Positions 23,144-34,696 of a stretch of 64,000 nucleotides of DNA are shown one piece after another. Position numbers and translations under genes: made by a program. Source of the DNA: Lytechinus pictus. Lineage: Eukaryota. Within the stretch, counting starts at the first letter, position 1; the number at the start of each line of letters is the position of its first letter. Location of the stretch: positions 14,014,001 through 14,078,000 of the forward strand of contig NC_087263.1 of assembly GCF_037042905.1 (NCBI RefSeq), read 5' to 3'. The notes under the pieces were generated by a model. It was not told where the DNA came from. It did no database searches and worked only from the letters and a program-made list of their open reading frames with translations.

Positions 23144-23580
23144 AATGAACAGCTGGGAGGGATTGTCGAAAATTGGTGAACCGGAACAGCAGGGTCCTCC
23201 TAAGTGTCGGAGCTGACGAAAAATTGTATATAGCTCGTTTGTCCAGAGTCCAGGACGAAACTGCTGTTTTGATTCACCTATTTTCGACAAAGACGATTCA
23301 CCTAGGTTCACCAAAAACTGGGCGTTGTGGCGTGCGCCTGTAATCCAAGCTGTGGGGAAGTTACAAATTGATGCAGAGGTTCGAGCCCTGGTCACGTCTT
23401 TCGGATGGTGACGTTAAAGGTCGGTCCAAGACGTAAATAATCATATCTGATTGATACACGTCTGACAAAACTCAAATACACACATACACAAATACACACG
23501 TCTTGGTTGCCCTTTGTGATGTAGGGTATTTGACATTTTATTTTCTATGTTCTTGAAAGCGTTATGCGTCGCGTGCGTAA
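23141..23580. mobile_element. 5'-truncated MITE (family of 5073-5365) split by a SINE
   Basis: Host sequence stops at ...GACAAAGAC (23294) and resumes at TCTTGGTTGC (23501); these two segments are contiguous in the copies near 5270 and 49270. Confidence 0.8.
23295..23499 (+). mobile_element. SINE with a 7SL (SRP RNA Alu-domain)-like head, B box, Deu/Nin-like body motif and CA-rich tail
   Basis: 23317-23351 ACTGGGCGTTGTGGCGTGCGCCTGTAATCCAAGCT matches the recalled 7SL 5' end GCCGGGCGCGGTGGCGCGTGCCTGTAGTCCCAGCT at 27/35 positions ungapped. B box GGTTCGAGCC at 23378-23387; GTCTTTCGGATGGTGACGTTAAAGGTCGGTCC at 23396-23427; tail ATACACACATACACAAATACACAC. Confidence 0.75.
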
Positions 23581-24745
23581 ACACCATATTATTATTCGTA
23601 GCAGAACAACACATCGTGTATTGGAATTAGTAGCATTGCTGGGGGTTTTTTTTATATGACGAGGGAAAACAAAGGCAACTTCTAAACAAACAACGATCTG
23701 CATAACACGATGGCAAAGAACAATGCAAACAGCATCATGAAATGCAATCAAATTATCTCATGTTGGGATAAAAGAGGGTGGAATGGTAAGAGAATCGTGC
23801 AAATTTGTCCAACCTTGATCTTACAAACAACTCGTCCCTCACACTCAAGGGTAATTACGGTCATCAGAGTAATTAGTGAACGAAAAACAAAGAAGAAAAA
23901 GAAAATTAGCTCAGTGCGGCGCCAGGGGTGGGGGTTGGGTAGCGGGTTAAACATGACTAATTTCTCAATGAATAAATACGGGCCTTTTAATAATATACTG
24001 GTTGTCATTGTTGCGGTCGTTACATTATTAGATAAAGGGAATAATTTTCGTCTTTTCTAATTATTTACACACATTAGATACGCTATCACATTTGTATTAT
24101 CCTTTCGAGGCTTATCCGTCCAATAATTTTTCTGTTTTTATCCTAATTCCATTTATACCATTTCCCGTCTCACTTTTTACCACTTTAAAACCATATGGGT
24201 GGACAGTCACCCCTGCCTATCCCTGTGACACAGGCCCAAATACCTCGCCATTCGATTGGTATGGCAATTGCACGATTTAGCCCCCAAATTCAATCTGTCA
24301 TGCCATTGTGAAATTCAATTTTCCCGTGAAACATCGGCGAAAATATTTCCTAACATATGTGACCAAATTTAGAATGAATCAAAAAGTCAAATTGATAATC
24401 TGAAATACTACGGAATAGTTTCCCCAAATTAAAATCTAAATACACTAATTTCTGACTAAGAAATTAAACTTCTTATAATTCTCTTCATGCTTGTAACAAA
24501 GCTCCTATTCGAAAGATTCCATTCGAACAGAATAAACAGGATAAAAGCAAACAGTTAAGACATGTAGATATTTTGTTTGTCTTTTGTTTTCATGTAAAAG
24601 CATCTCCCACCAAACCTGAAATAATAAAATGTCTTCACATCATAAATGTAATTATTCTAATTCACGAGGAAGGTTTATCGGTATGTTTACTCTATATCAA
24701 TGTCATGTTCAACGTAAGAATATTCATAAAAGTAAGTATAAGTGA

Positions 24746-24907
24746 AACCTTGGTCACATTTGTTCTACGGCAGCCGTACGGCGAGTCGAAGACAGCCGTT
24801 TAAATTTTTTTTTTACCAGCTACATATAGGTGGTTTAAATAAAAATGAATAAAACGACTGTTTTCGACTCGCCGTACGGCCGCCGTAGAACAAATGTGAC
24901 CAAGGTA
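24746..24907. mobile_element. 162-bp hairpin MITE (Harbinger-like, TWA flanks)
   Basis: ACCTTGGTCACATTTGTTCTACGGC...GCCGTAGAACAAATGTGACCAAGGT; near-identical to 29032-29193. Confidence 0.9.
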
Positions 24908-26963
24908 TTAGTGTGTAATAAATCATTCGCTTTTCACTGTCCTCGGTTATCTGTATTCGTACCAAATGGAAGATAAAGTAACAATTGGGATTAACAAATT
25001 TCCCAACAGCCCTGAAATAAAATTTTAAAATTGTATAATATTAGGGACATTCCCTTGTATAATGTTAAATGGATTAAAGACAAATATCTATTAAATATGA
25101 GCAACGAAAAAATCAATAAGCTGACGTCGGTCAATGTTATTAGGCGTTGTTCAAATCCAACGCAATATGTAACACTTTTTATTTGATTAGAATGTATATT
25201 CTGCTGTGAAATTAAAATTTGATTTTATGATTTATTCTGAGTAACCTTGGAATTAATTTCAATAAATCCTATTGAAATGCATAAGCTTAAAATTAGTATG
25301 ACATAATTTTCGCAGTTTTAATACGTGAAATTTATTGTTATATAACTTAAATTTTATCCGTGTCATGAAGATTCGATTGATTTTTTTGCAATACTCCTGT
25401 ATAAGTCCTTGTTCCGTGTTATAATGTGAACATAGAATATTCCGATTAAATTGAACAACCCGGGAGCGGATAGCGTTCACATAATCGGGGAAGTTCGTTA
25501 AACTCTATGAACAATGCTACGATAATCCATTGGCGTATAGATGGGGAGGGGCGCTGGACCCCCAACAATTCCGAACGACCCCTCCCCCCCCCACACAAAA
25601 AAAGAGAAAGAGATGATGAAAAATGAGAGGGAAAGGGATGATAATTAGTATAATTATCTAAATATTACGTTGAAATTTTTTTTTCGTTTTAAAACGACAA
25701 ATATTTCGCTCGCTCGCGATTTTGAAAGAAATTTTGCGCCTATATGGTTGGCTGATTGTGCTAGTGTGCTGTATCATACATGCTTATTTACATCCTTCTG
25801 ACATATAGAAGCTAACATTCCTGGCATTACAATAAACAAAGTTTAATCATTTAGAAAAAGGTCTTTTTCCCGCAAGTAAAAGTTACATCGCCAGTACATA
25901 TCAATAATATAATCAAAACATGTTTAAATATCACAAGACATTTTCAAGTATATCTATCGCGAGAGAGAGAAAAATAATATCAGTCCCAGTGGACATGAGA
26001 TAATTATTGATTCAATATTTAAAGATACTCGGCCATGGCCATGATGTGTCTTTGATCTTATATTGTCTATACATGTATGGCCACGACATCCTGATCAAAC
26101 AACCTCAAAATCAATACACGATGTCGCTGGCGGCGTAGCTCCCGCCCGAAAAGTATTAAGGGGTATCTTGGAGGAAGAGGGGGGTGGCATGTCCCTGCGA
26201 AGCGGGGGGTACTGCGTATGTTATGCAATATAGGCAGAACCCCCTGGAATCAGGTTGGTATATGCTAAAATGTAGACATTTTACCCCAAATCAACTTCGT
26301 TTTGGAGCGAAATTCAGCACCCGTTTTCAAATATCGTTCCCTGGCCCCTGGGGTGGGGGCAAATCATTTTTATGCGTGCAATATAAGCATAATTTGGGGA
26401 GGTTCCCCCCACGCTGTCTTCCTATCTCACTCTTTCTCTCATCCCCCTCTCTTTCTCTATAATTATTCACATATCACTCTTTTCGTTATTCATTTACTGC
26501 AAAAATTTGGTATTAATTAATCATGATCATCACAACCATCATTATCACCATCTTATAATATCTGTCTTCATTTACATGGAAACATAGGTATTTATAATTT
26601 TCTTCGATTCTGTTAGAATTCCTTCCGAAAGCGTACCATACATGTCATAACTTGAGAAATCTCTTACTAGGGGAAAACAACTTGAAAGAAATATAGTATG
26701 AAAATATATTCCTTTGTGTTCAAATTTCGTTGAACTCGTACTGTTTCGCTTTCGAAATTCCTATATCATTTTTCAGCACTTTAAAGTGTATCGGATGACA
26801 AAAAAGTAATAAATCAATAAAATGAGACAAAAATGACATGAAACTAAATTAGTTTAGGGTCTATCATTAACCATTGTTATACCCAAGCAGGAATCGTCTA
26901 CTTGTACACCACACGATGAGTTTAATCATATTTCTAAAGATTATAATTAGTTACTATATCCAG

Positions 26964-27231
26964 GAGCCCGTCTTACAAAGAGTTACGATTGATCCGATCA
27001 ATCGCAACTATGGAAAGCCAGCAAAGTCAACATATGAAATGCTTGTTTGTTAAAAAAAATCTAGATATGAATGTATATCCATAAATTCATTGATTTCTTG
27101 GCGATTTGGTTTGATCTTCTTTGTTTACAAAGGACATTTTGCAAATTTCCTGTAGAAAAAATTATGACACTGATGGATTTCCATAGAGTTACGATTGATT
27201 TGATCAATCGTAACTCTTTATAAGACGGGCC
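26964..27231. mobile_element. Harbinger-like MITE
   Basis: GCCCGTCTTACAAAGAGTTACGATTGATC...GATCAATCGTAACTCTTTATAAGACGGGC inverted arms. Confidence 0.88.
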
Positions 27232-28105
27232 AAGGGTCTGACTATCAATCCCTGCTTTGTCATATTAATGGCTTTCATAATGATGTAGCACGTAACTTAG
27301 TACTTCAGCAAAGTTTGATTAAATCTATAAATGTCTTGTAAATTTTTCATGCAGCTTCAAGTTAGATGTTTGTATACATATGGTATGATAACTTTATCTT
27401 AGCTCAAGTAAACTTGAGTAAACTTGACTTAAGGAAATACAAATATAATAAATCTCAATAAATTTGCACGGTAGGACATAATCAAACTTCACAAAAAACA
27501 AAATAGTTACAAATCATATTCATTAAATTACAATACAGTCAAAATATTGAACATCATTCTTTTCTATCAAAATCATTGTTTTGAATGCTTTTTGTTTGTC
27601 GATTTTCGGTGTAAATTTAAATTGTTAAGTTGAATTTTTATTCACTAACTCCATTCACATATGAATGAATATTTTGATACAAAAACAAAGAAAAAATCAA
27701 TGAGTATTAAAATCAAAGACATGAAAATCATCAATATATATACATTCAATCGAAATATCAGTGCACTAAACGGAATGCATTAATAGTGCATGTACCTGCA
27801 GAAAAGGCTGGTCAATAGGAATTTCTTTAAAAAATAACGAACGACTATTTTTGTTTTTAATGCTCCCATCATTATGCCGAGCACATTGTCCAGTCTCTCC
27901 CTCTCTCTCTCTCCCTCTTCTGTACATTCGGACATGACCATGAGTTTAATGTGCCATAATGCACGGGTCACCGAAAGATCGGAACAAATAAAGTGCATAC
28001 GGCACGCACGTACTTACATTATCGAACTTCAGATTACTAATGGGGCTTTTATCTCATTTCGAAAATTGAAAGAAAACGGGGGGAAAAGCGAGGAAAAACA
28101 CTTAC

Positions 28106-28197
28106 CGGTACAGAGAGAAAATATAGATGGCTATTCCGTGTGCTCCACGCGTGAATTAATCACTAGGTATAAATCCAGGGGAGGCGGTTTGCCTCAT
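28106..28197 (-). other. Candidate 92-nt non-coding spliced exon
   Basis: Minus-strand acceptor CTTCTCCTTTTCCCTATTTTCTCCGCAG| and donor CCG|GTAAGT; stop codons in all three frames. Confidence 0.5.
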
Positions 28198-28589
28198 CTG
28201 CGGAGAAAATAGGGAAAAGGAGAAGCGTTGATATAAATTGTGACTTATTTCTGCTCGATTGGAGGAACGTCTGGTGCGGTATTACTGTTCATGACCGTGG
28301 CGTGCGCTCGACTGAGCGAGCAAGAGGGTTTGTTGGTTTAGCGATGTATTAACGCAGGGAGAGAGATAACGCCGCTCCCCCCCCCCCCCTCGCTCTTGCG
28401 CCATCTATCAATAATGTCCGTTCCTCTCTCCTTTTCTCCCTCAATCTCTGTCTATCTTTCATCTCTTCTCTCTTTTTTTGCCGTCTATTTCCATTTTCCC
28501 TTATTCGCGCGTGTGTACAGCAATACATTTGACTGCCCCCCCCCCTCCGGCCACCCTCATTCGATCTCCCTCCATTCCTTGCATTTCAT

Positions 28590-28900
28590 TTTTTTCTCCT
28601 TTTCTCCACCCCTCTCCCTCTCTCTCTCTCTCTTTCCATTTCTCCCTATCTTCCCTTTCCCTTCAATGGGCCTCATATTTCCCGTCTTTCTCTCTTCCTC
28701 TCTCTGTCCTTCTCTCTCCCTCTCTCGCCCTTCACTATCTCTCTCTGTCCTTCTCTCTCCCCCTCTCGCCCTTCACTATCTCTCTCTGTCCTTCTCTCTC
28801 TCTCTCTCCCCTCTTGCTTCCTCTCTCTGCCCTTCTCTCTCCCCTCCCACCCTTCACTCTCTCTATCTGCCATTCTCTCTCTCTCCCTTTCCCTTTCGAG
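28590..28900. repeat. CT-rich polypyrimidine tract with internal ~38-bp duplication
   Basis: CTCTCGCCCTTCACTATCTCTCTCTGTCCTTCTCTCTC is repeated. Similar tracts occur at 39350-39935, 43310-43600 and 46870-47400. Confidence 0.9.
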
Positions 28901-29031
28901 ATTAATCTACGTCGATCTTATTTCGCCACTATCATGAATACTGACATTTATCGTTCATTATCACCAAACAAACCACACGCATTCCTAAAATACATTAGGT
29001 GTACCACAAGGTGATAAAACGATAGCTCTTA

Positions 29032-29193
29032 TACATTGGTCACATTTGCTCTACGGCGGCCGTACGGCGAGTTGAAAACAGCCGTTTTAACATTTTTTTT
29101 ACCAGCTGCATATAGGTGGTTTGAATCAAAATTTATAAAACGGCTGTTTTTGACTCGCCGTACGGCCGCCGTAGAGCAAATGTGACCAAGGTA
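29032..29193. mobile_element. 162-bp hairpin MITE with TTA TSD
   Basis: TTA|TACATTGGTCACATTTGCTCTACGGCGGCCG...CGGCCGCCGTAGAGCAAATGTGACCAAGGTA|TTA. Confidence 0.92.
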
Positions 29194-30164
29194 TTATTCG
29201 TCTATGATAATCGTTCATAATGTCAGTGATCGCTGACGATATTGGGGGAGCCTGGGGCACTGTACCCCAAAATTAGGATGACCAAGAAAACTGGAAGGAT
29301 AAAGAAAGAGGGCAAAGGGAAATGAAAAGGATGAAATATGATATTGTCTTATGAATATTAGGAATTTATCACAAAATTGAGTTTCATTTTAAAAAGGCAA
29401 AAATTTCCGCTCGTTCGTTTCGCTAGCTCGCAACTTCTTATATCCTCCTCCTTCCATGTACTACGTGGTGCTCCCTCAACAATTTTGGCTATTCATGCCA
29501 TTTTCAATATTGACAGAATGATCATTCTCCTTCGAAACATTCTGGTTAAAAAAGAAAGTCATATCTGACATGTCTTTCCTAAAAATAAGAGTTAACCCAT
29601 TATCATGCATATTGAGTTAAGAGGGATACTGTATGTTAATTCCACTCAAAGATTCAATTGAAACCATTAAAAAAAAAATCATGTGGTGTTAAACTGCAGC
29701 ACATCATGTACGGATGACGATCATCAAGGATTTTTACACCCCCAGTGTCAGATTCATGGTGTTAGATCAACACCCATTGGCGTTAATGTATCACATTCTA
29801 TTGGTTAATTTTACGTGGTTTGGTGCTATGTTCAAACTGCATGGTGTATTTTGACACACTGTGGGTGTGACATGGTTCTGTCACATCGGCTGGTGTTCTT
29901 AACACCGCACTTCCAGTGCTGTTAAGATAACACCAGTGCTGGGTTAATGTGTGAGGAAATATACATATGAATCTTAATTTTACCCGGTAATGTACCCATT
30001 TTTAAGAGAGGTGTCGTGGATAAGTCCCCGGACTTTGATCCACAAGGTCCGGATAGTCTGATGTGCAAACCCCTTCATTCGAGTTAAGGGTCTGAATGTG
30101 CAGCCTACTCATGCCGTGTGTACTGATTGCCCTCAAAACAGAAAGTCTTGTATGTGCTATACAG

Positions 30165-30420
30165 TCTTTGCGTGGAGACACACTTGATGATCAAAGTCTC
30201 AATCAGGGTCCTGGGTTCAAATCCCATTGCAGCACTCGCGTCCTTTGCCAATGCATTTATTTGAACCTGCCACTCTTCACCAAGGTGTGTACATGGGTAC
30301 CCAACACATACGAGAATAAGGAATTATTTGAATGTTCGATCGCCCGATCAGCATGTTACGGATAACCATGCTAAAGTTGCAGTAATAGTAGGCCTATTGG
30401 GCGTTTATAAACATTTTATA
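30165..30420 (+). mobile_element. Old degraded tRNA-SINE
   Basis: B box GGGTTCAAATCCC and the core-like CCACTCTTCACCAAGGTGTGTACATGGGTACC. Confidence 0.55.
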
Positions 30421-30719
30421 TGAATAGCTCACAATATTTTTGATCAAAATAAGGAAACGATTACTCTGCCAGTAAAAAACTAAACAAACAAGAATTTACA
30501 AGCATTTACAGGCGGAAACTGTCCTTCAGTACGTCATATCCTTCCTGCGTTAGTCACGTGATACAATAAAGTTTCTTGTCATGCGCTGTATGAGTTATGA
30601 TCCTTGTGTCAAATGAAGTTATATGCCCGTACTTATATGCAGAGGTAGTACGTAACGAAACCTGTCCCCTTGCCTTATTCCAATTTCAAACTTCAACTCG
30701 TTCTAAGGGCTCACCCGCC

Positions 30720-31112
30720 GAGTGACCAGACGCCCTGGATTTCAAGGGAGAGTCCCGTAATTCGGCAATTTGTCCCGTGTTCCGCACGGTCCTGTCCGGG
30801 ACGCCGTTTTGTCCCGTTTTTTCAAGATTTCGAACACATTAATGTCACGAGAATATTCAGACATTAAAGTTTTTCTCATATTATTATTAATAGCAGGAAA
30901 AATGAGAAATGATGTAAAATGATATGTTTGTCTACATCTATATCAACGTCTTTTACAAATGTCAATTTTTCTACTTTAAATTATATATATTTATATAAAA
31001 TATATATATGTATATATTACAAATTTTGCATTGTAAAAACGTTTGGCCTGTAACGCCGCTGATCTGAAATCAAAGTGTCCAGTATTTCGACTGTCCAAAT
31101 CCTGGGGCTCAC
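30720..31112. mobile_element. Degraded hAT-like non-autonomous element
   Basis: GAGTGACCAGACGCCC start with clustered GTCCCG sub-terminal repeats; a GTGTCCAG...CTGGGGCTCAC-like right end. Confidence 0.45.
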
Positions 31113-31929
31113 AGCCGTCTTTTACTTGCGTTCTTCATCCAAATCTAGCAGCTTTGTGTGATCTGCATGTATTGTGTTGTGGCAAATAAACTACTTCAGA
31201 ATGTGGAGTGTTACAACTATTAACAAATGTCGAAGTCCTGTTGAATACGTTTATCACTTTGCCGCCAAATGAAAGTGATTTTCATCTCTATATCATGAAT
31301 TCTTAAGGACTCCCCTTGCCAGAGCTGATGTTAAGGTTATTTTTAGATCAAGAAAATGAATCAATGCAGCTTGCTTGTTGATGGTTAGACCTCGTAAAGT
31401 CTGCATTATGCCCGCCATGCAATATCCGATTTTAAAGTGGATGAAGATGTTTAGCTCGTGGTAAAATTAAAAGGAAGAGTCAACTAATTGCATTCGAAAA
31501 TTGATGGAATTTTCGTTGTCATTGGACTACTTGATTGGTTTTACTTGATACATTTAAATCTGAAACAATCTGTCGTTGGAGTGGACTAGACTTTTGTAAA
31601 CGGATGTATAGACGAGTATTTCATGAAAACTATTTTTTTTTTAAAGAAACAAGAAAGATTTCAGACGATTTTATTTTGGACGGCACACGTTATACAGTCC
31701 CATGTACACGTTATTTTGTTTGTGGTGAATGTGATCTTTATGGACATGATTAAAAAAAAACATGTTCTTGATATTTTCATTCTTGAATTGCTTTATTGTT
31801 CACGGTTCTTCACAGGCCAGGAATAATGACTGTCAATTTTCCAAGGCATGTGTTTTTGCTTTGCTTTTCGTTTTCTCATCGTGAAACTTTAATGACCTGT
31901 GTTAAGTTGAAACATCTCGTGAAAATAAG

Positions 31930-32200
31930 GATTTGATTTGATTTGATTTGATTTATTGATTTCCGTTTCACAACATAAGCATGATAAGTATAACAAAACA
32001 AGGTCGAAAATAATGCAAGACGTAATAAAATATACATAACATAATCTTAGATTTAAGGAACACAGTTCAATAAATAAAATTACCTTGTATGACAATTGTA
32101 TTTTAAAGTAAGACGGAGGGTCTTGCCGAAAAAAGCAAAGCTTGTACAAAAGGCAAGCCCCTAAATAAACTTAGTTACATTACAAAAAAAATAGCATTAG
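31930..32200 (-). mobile_element. LINE (L2/CR1 group) 3' UTR
   Basis: (ATTTG)4 tail, minus-strand AATAAA, and stem-loop AGGGTCTTGCC..AAGCAAAGCTT..GGCAAGCCCCT at 32117-32162. Confidence 0.65.
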
Positions 32201-33514
32201 GGAGAGAGGGGGAATGTGAGGGGGAGAAGAGGGGAGGGACAGAGAAGTGCAGGGTACATAACATAGAAAGAAAGCGGGCAGCAGGAGCAGGTACTTTGGC
32301 TAGTTGCAATTTTAAGAAGAAAACAGTAATAACGCGCTTTCAAGTTCAAAGGCGGTACAAGTGAAAAAAGGAAGGAAATGATAAATGATCATATCTCTCA
32401 AGGAATCTTGGACAATTTCAGGATGGTTCTTTATAAGTGGAAAGCTGACTAAGAGTTGGCTGGAAATACGCTGCATGGGCCACGGCTCTTGAAGTTCCGT
32501 TTTAAGTACGGAAAGGACCTAAAAGAGTTCATACTCTTCACTGACTGTCTACTGTCAACACGGCGCGTGCAAGAGAGTGATAGACGGAGAAGGGGGGGGG
32601 GGCAGAAACAGAAAGAAACATTATAGCAAAGAGAGAAAGAGAAAATACGAAACGGAGAGAAAAAGTAACAGTTGAATTGCTACTTTGTTCTAATTAGTTT
32701 TCAGGACAAAGGAGGATATAAAGAAAGTGTCTCTCGTCGAACCAGATTCTGACAAAATGTAAATAAACCAAAAAGCGTGTTTTATTTTTCCAACTGATCT
32801 ACTTGGTATCATCAGAGTTGCACGGTGCCTATCACAATGAAGAGTAAAGAGAGGGCGCGAATCCCTTGCGAATGTTCACACTTGAAAATTCATGAAAAAC
32901 ACCAATGTAGGATCGGAACATGAATGGGAAGTAGTTCAGCCAACCCACCCCGTCCCCAAACCTACAAATCAATGCGGGTAGGAGCTCATCTGACTAATAC
33001 CAAACAAACCGGAGTCGAGTCTACTTGGCCGAGTTCTCATTCCAGTTTACTTGCATATCTCAAATAAATCCTTTCGACCTTTTCTTTTGATCGATTTTGT
33101 GCTCTCATTTCTGCAAACCCGGTTTGATTGAGCGCAAGAAAAGAAGATCATCTAGTGTCTAGATTCATCACTTTATATAGATCACTGACATGTTTTTGAA
33201 AAGCAGCGTTTTAAGCCGTTTGGCGTTCTCCTGTATTCTGGAGCGCGAAGAAAACAGTAGTAGAGGGTTCTCTTCGCACGGCCGCGTTCCGCTTGAACGC
33301 GTCGCAAAGAAGAGTGGTGCATACCCTATCTTTCGCACTCACGTAGCGCCTTTTCTGTACACTTAAGATTTGAGCACCACTCTCTTTTAGTAATGTTAAC
33401 AGTGAATACTAGTAGTATACGCCTACGCGTCCATGCGGCAGACCTTTTTCTCAGGCAAGACCCATTTTAAATTGAAGAGAGAGAACTGACATCCCTTGTC
33501 ATCTCTCGATGTAC

Positions 33515-33721
33515 CTGCTATCCTCTTTGATCCTAACCAACTCCCAATAGATCACCCGCTAAAAAGGTTTCTAAAAACGTTCCAAAAACACCGCGCTCTC
33601 CTGTTGTTGTTGCTTTTGGGCTGGGAAGGTAGTTCGACATGCTTTCGGGGTGCTTTGTAAGCCCATTTCCAAATTGATTGTAGGACAGACAGTGTCGGGT
33701 ATAATAGTCGCTACTATTCAC
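33515..33721 (-). other. Candidate non-coding exon
   Basis: Minus-strand acceptor CACTTTATATTCCACAG|G and a weaker donor CAG|GTACAT; no frame is open through it. Confidence 0.3.
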
Positions 33722-33844
33722 CTGTGGAATATAAAGTGCTATAACACGCTAAAACACTTGCAACGGCGTTCTTCCATGAATCCTTCGTGATTTTTGAACA
33801 ATATTATTATAGGCCTATTGTCTAATATTGTTGCATTGTTGCAA

Positions 33845-34090
33845 ACGTCGTGGTCCAGTACGTTCTGGCTCTCGCTTTTTAAAAACAAGGGTCATGGTTT
33901 CGAATCCCTTGTTCAGCAGCACTAAACCCTTGTGAAGTGGGTTGCCAGCTGGATTGTTCGAAACATGTTGCATGCAATACGTTCCTGAAAGAGTAGCGTT
34001 GGCCATACAATTGGGCAATATTATTCACCATTTAATAGGCAACTAGAGAGTCTGTGGTATATAAACAATATACAACGACTATTACTTTGA
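33845..34090 (+). mobile_element. Degraded tRNA-SINE
   Basis: CGTCGTGGTCCAGT...AGGGTCATGGTTTCGAATCCC resembles the head of 8348-8646. Confidence 0.45.
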
Positions 34091-34696
34091 ATTCTTAGAT
34101 TTTAACCCTATATAATAAATGTGCGTTGTACATTCCCCTGTGGCGTTACGAGCGATTAATTTTGAATGGGCACAACATGGCGTATGTGGGAATTAAGCGA
34201 GCGTAGCGAGGAAGCGAAAAATGTGGCTTTTATAGAATGATATTCTAATCTTGTGAACTGTCAGAGACTTTGACATAATATGCAACAAATGACATACCAC
34301 ATTTATGACATTTCACCCGTTTTATTTTTCTTCCCTCATGTTTCTTTTTCTCTTTTCATTGCTTTTTTTTCTTGGTCACCTTATCTGTTCGCCGGTGAAT
34401 TCCCTTTAATCATTTTTTATGGAATTAGAATCCCTCGAGCTTGCAGCCGTCCTAAAAATTCTAGAATACAAACTCTCAATGACCATTTACAGATTAGACC
34501 ATCCTACTAAATCAATATTATATCCTTGGGGCACGAGCACGCACCTGCCTACTTTGCCCTGAAATTATAATATTTGGTTTATTTCGACTTCATTGAAACT
34601 ATGCTCTCTAACGAGCCCTTGCGATCGGACCACTATCCGTTGCCTTCTCCACCCCAACCCCCACCCCCCCCCCCCTCCGGATGAGGAGGGGAGAAG

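Noticed and set aside
23317..23499. Functional 7SL/SRP RNA gene or human Alu contamination
   Set aside because: Similarity covers only the first ~45 nt. There is no S domain, no 3' Alu strand and no poly-A, and it is embedded in a local MITE.
28396..29014. Long ORFs (169 and 178 aa), likewise 39075-39962, 43038-43650 and 46855-47370
   Set aside because: Translations of CT/GA low-complexity tracts that lack stop codons by composition.
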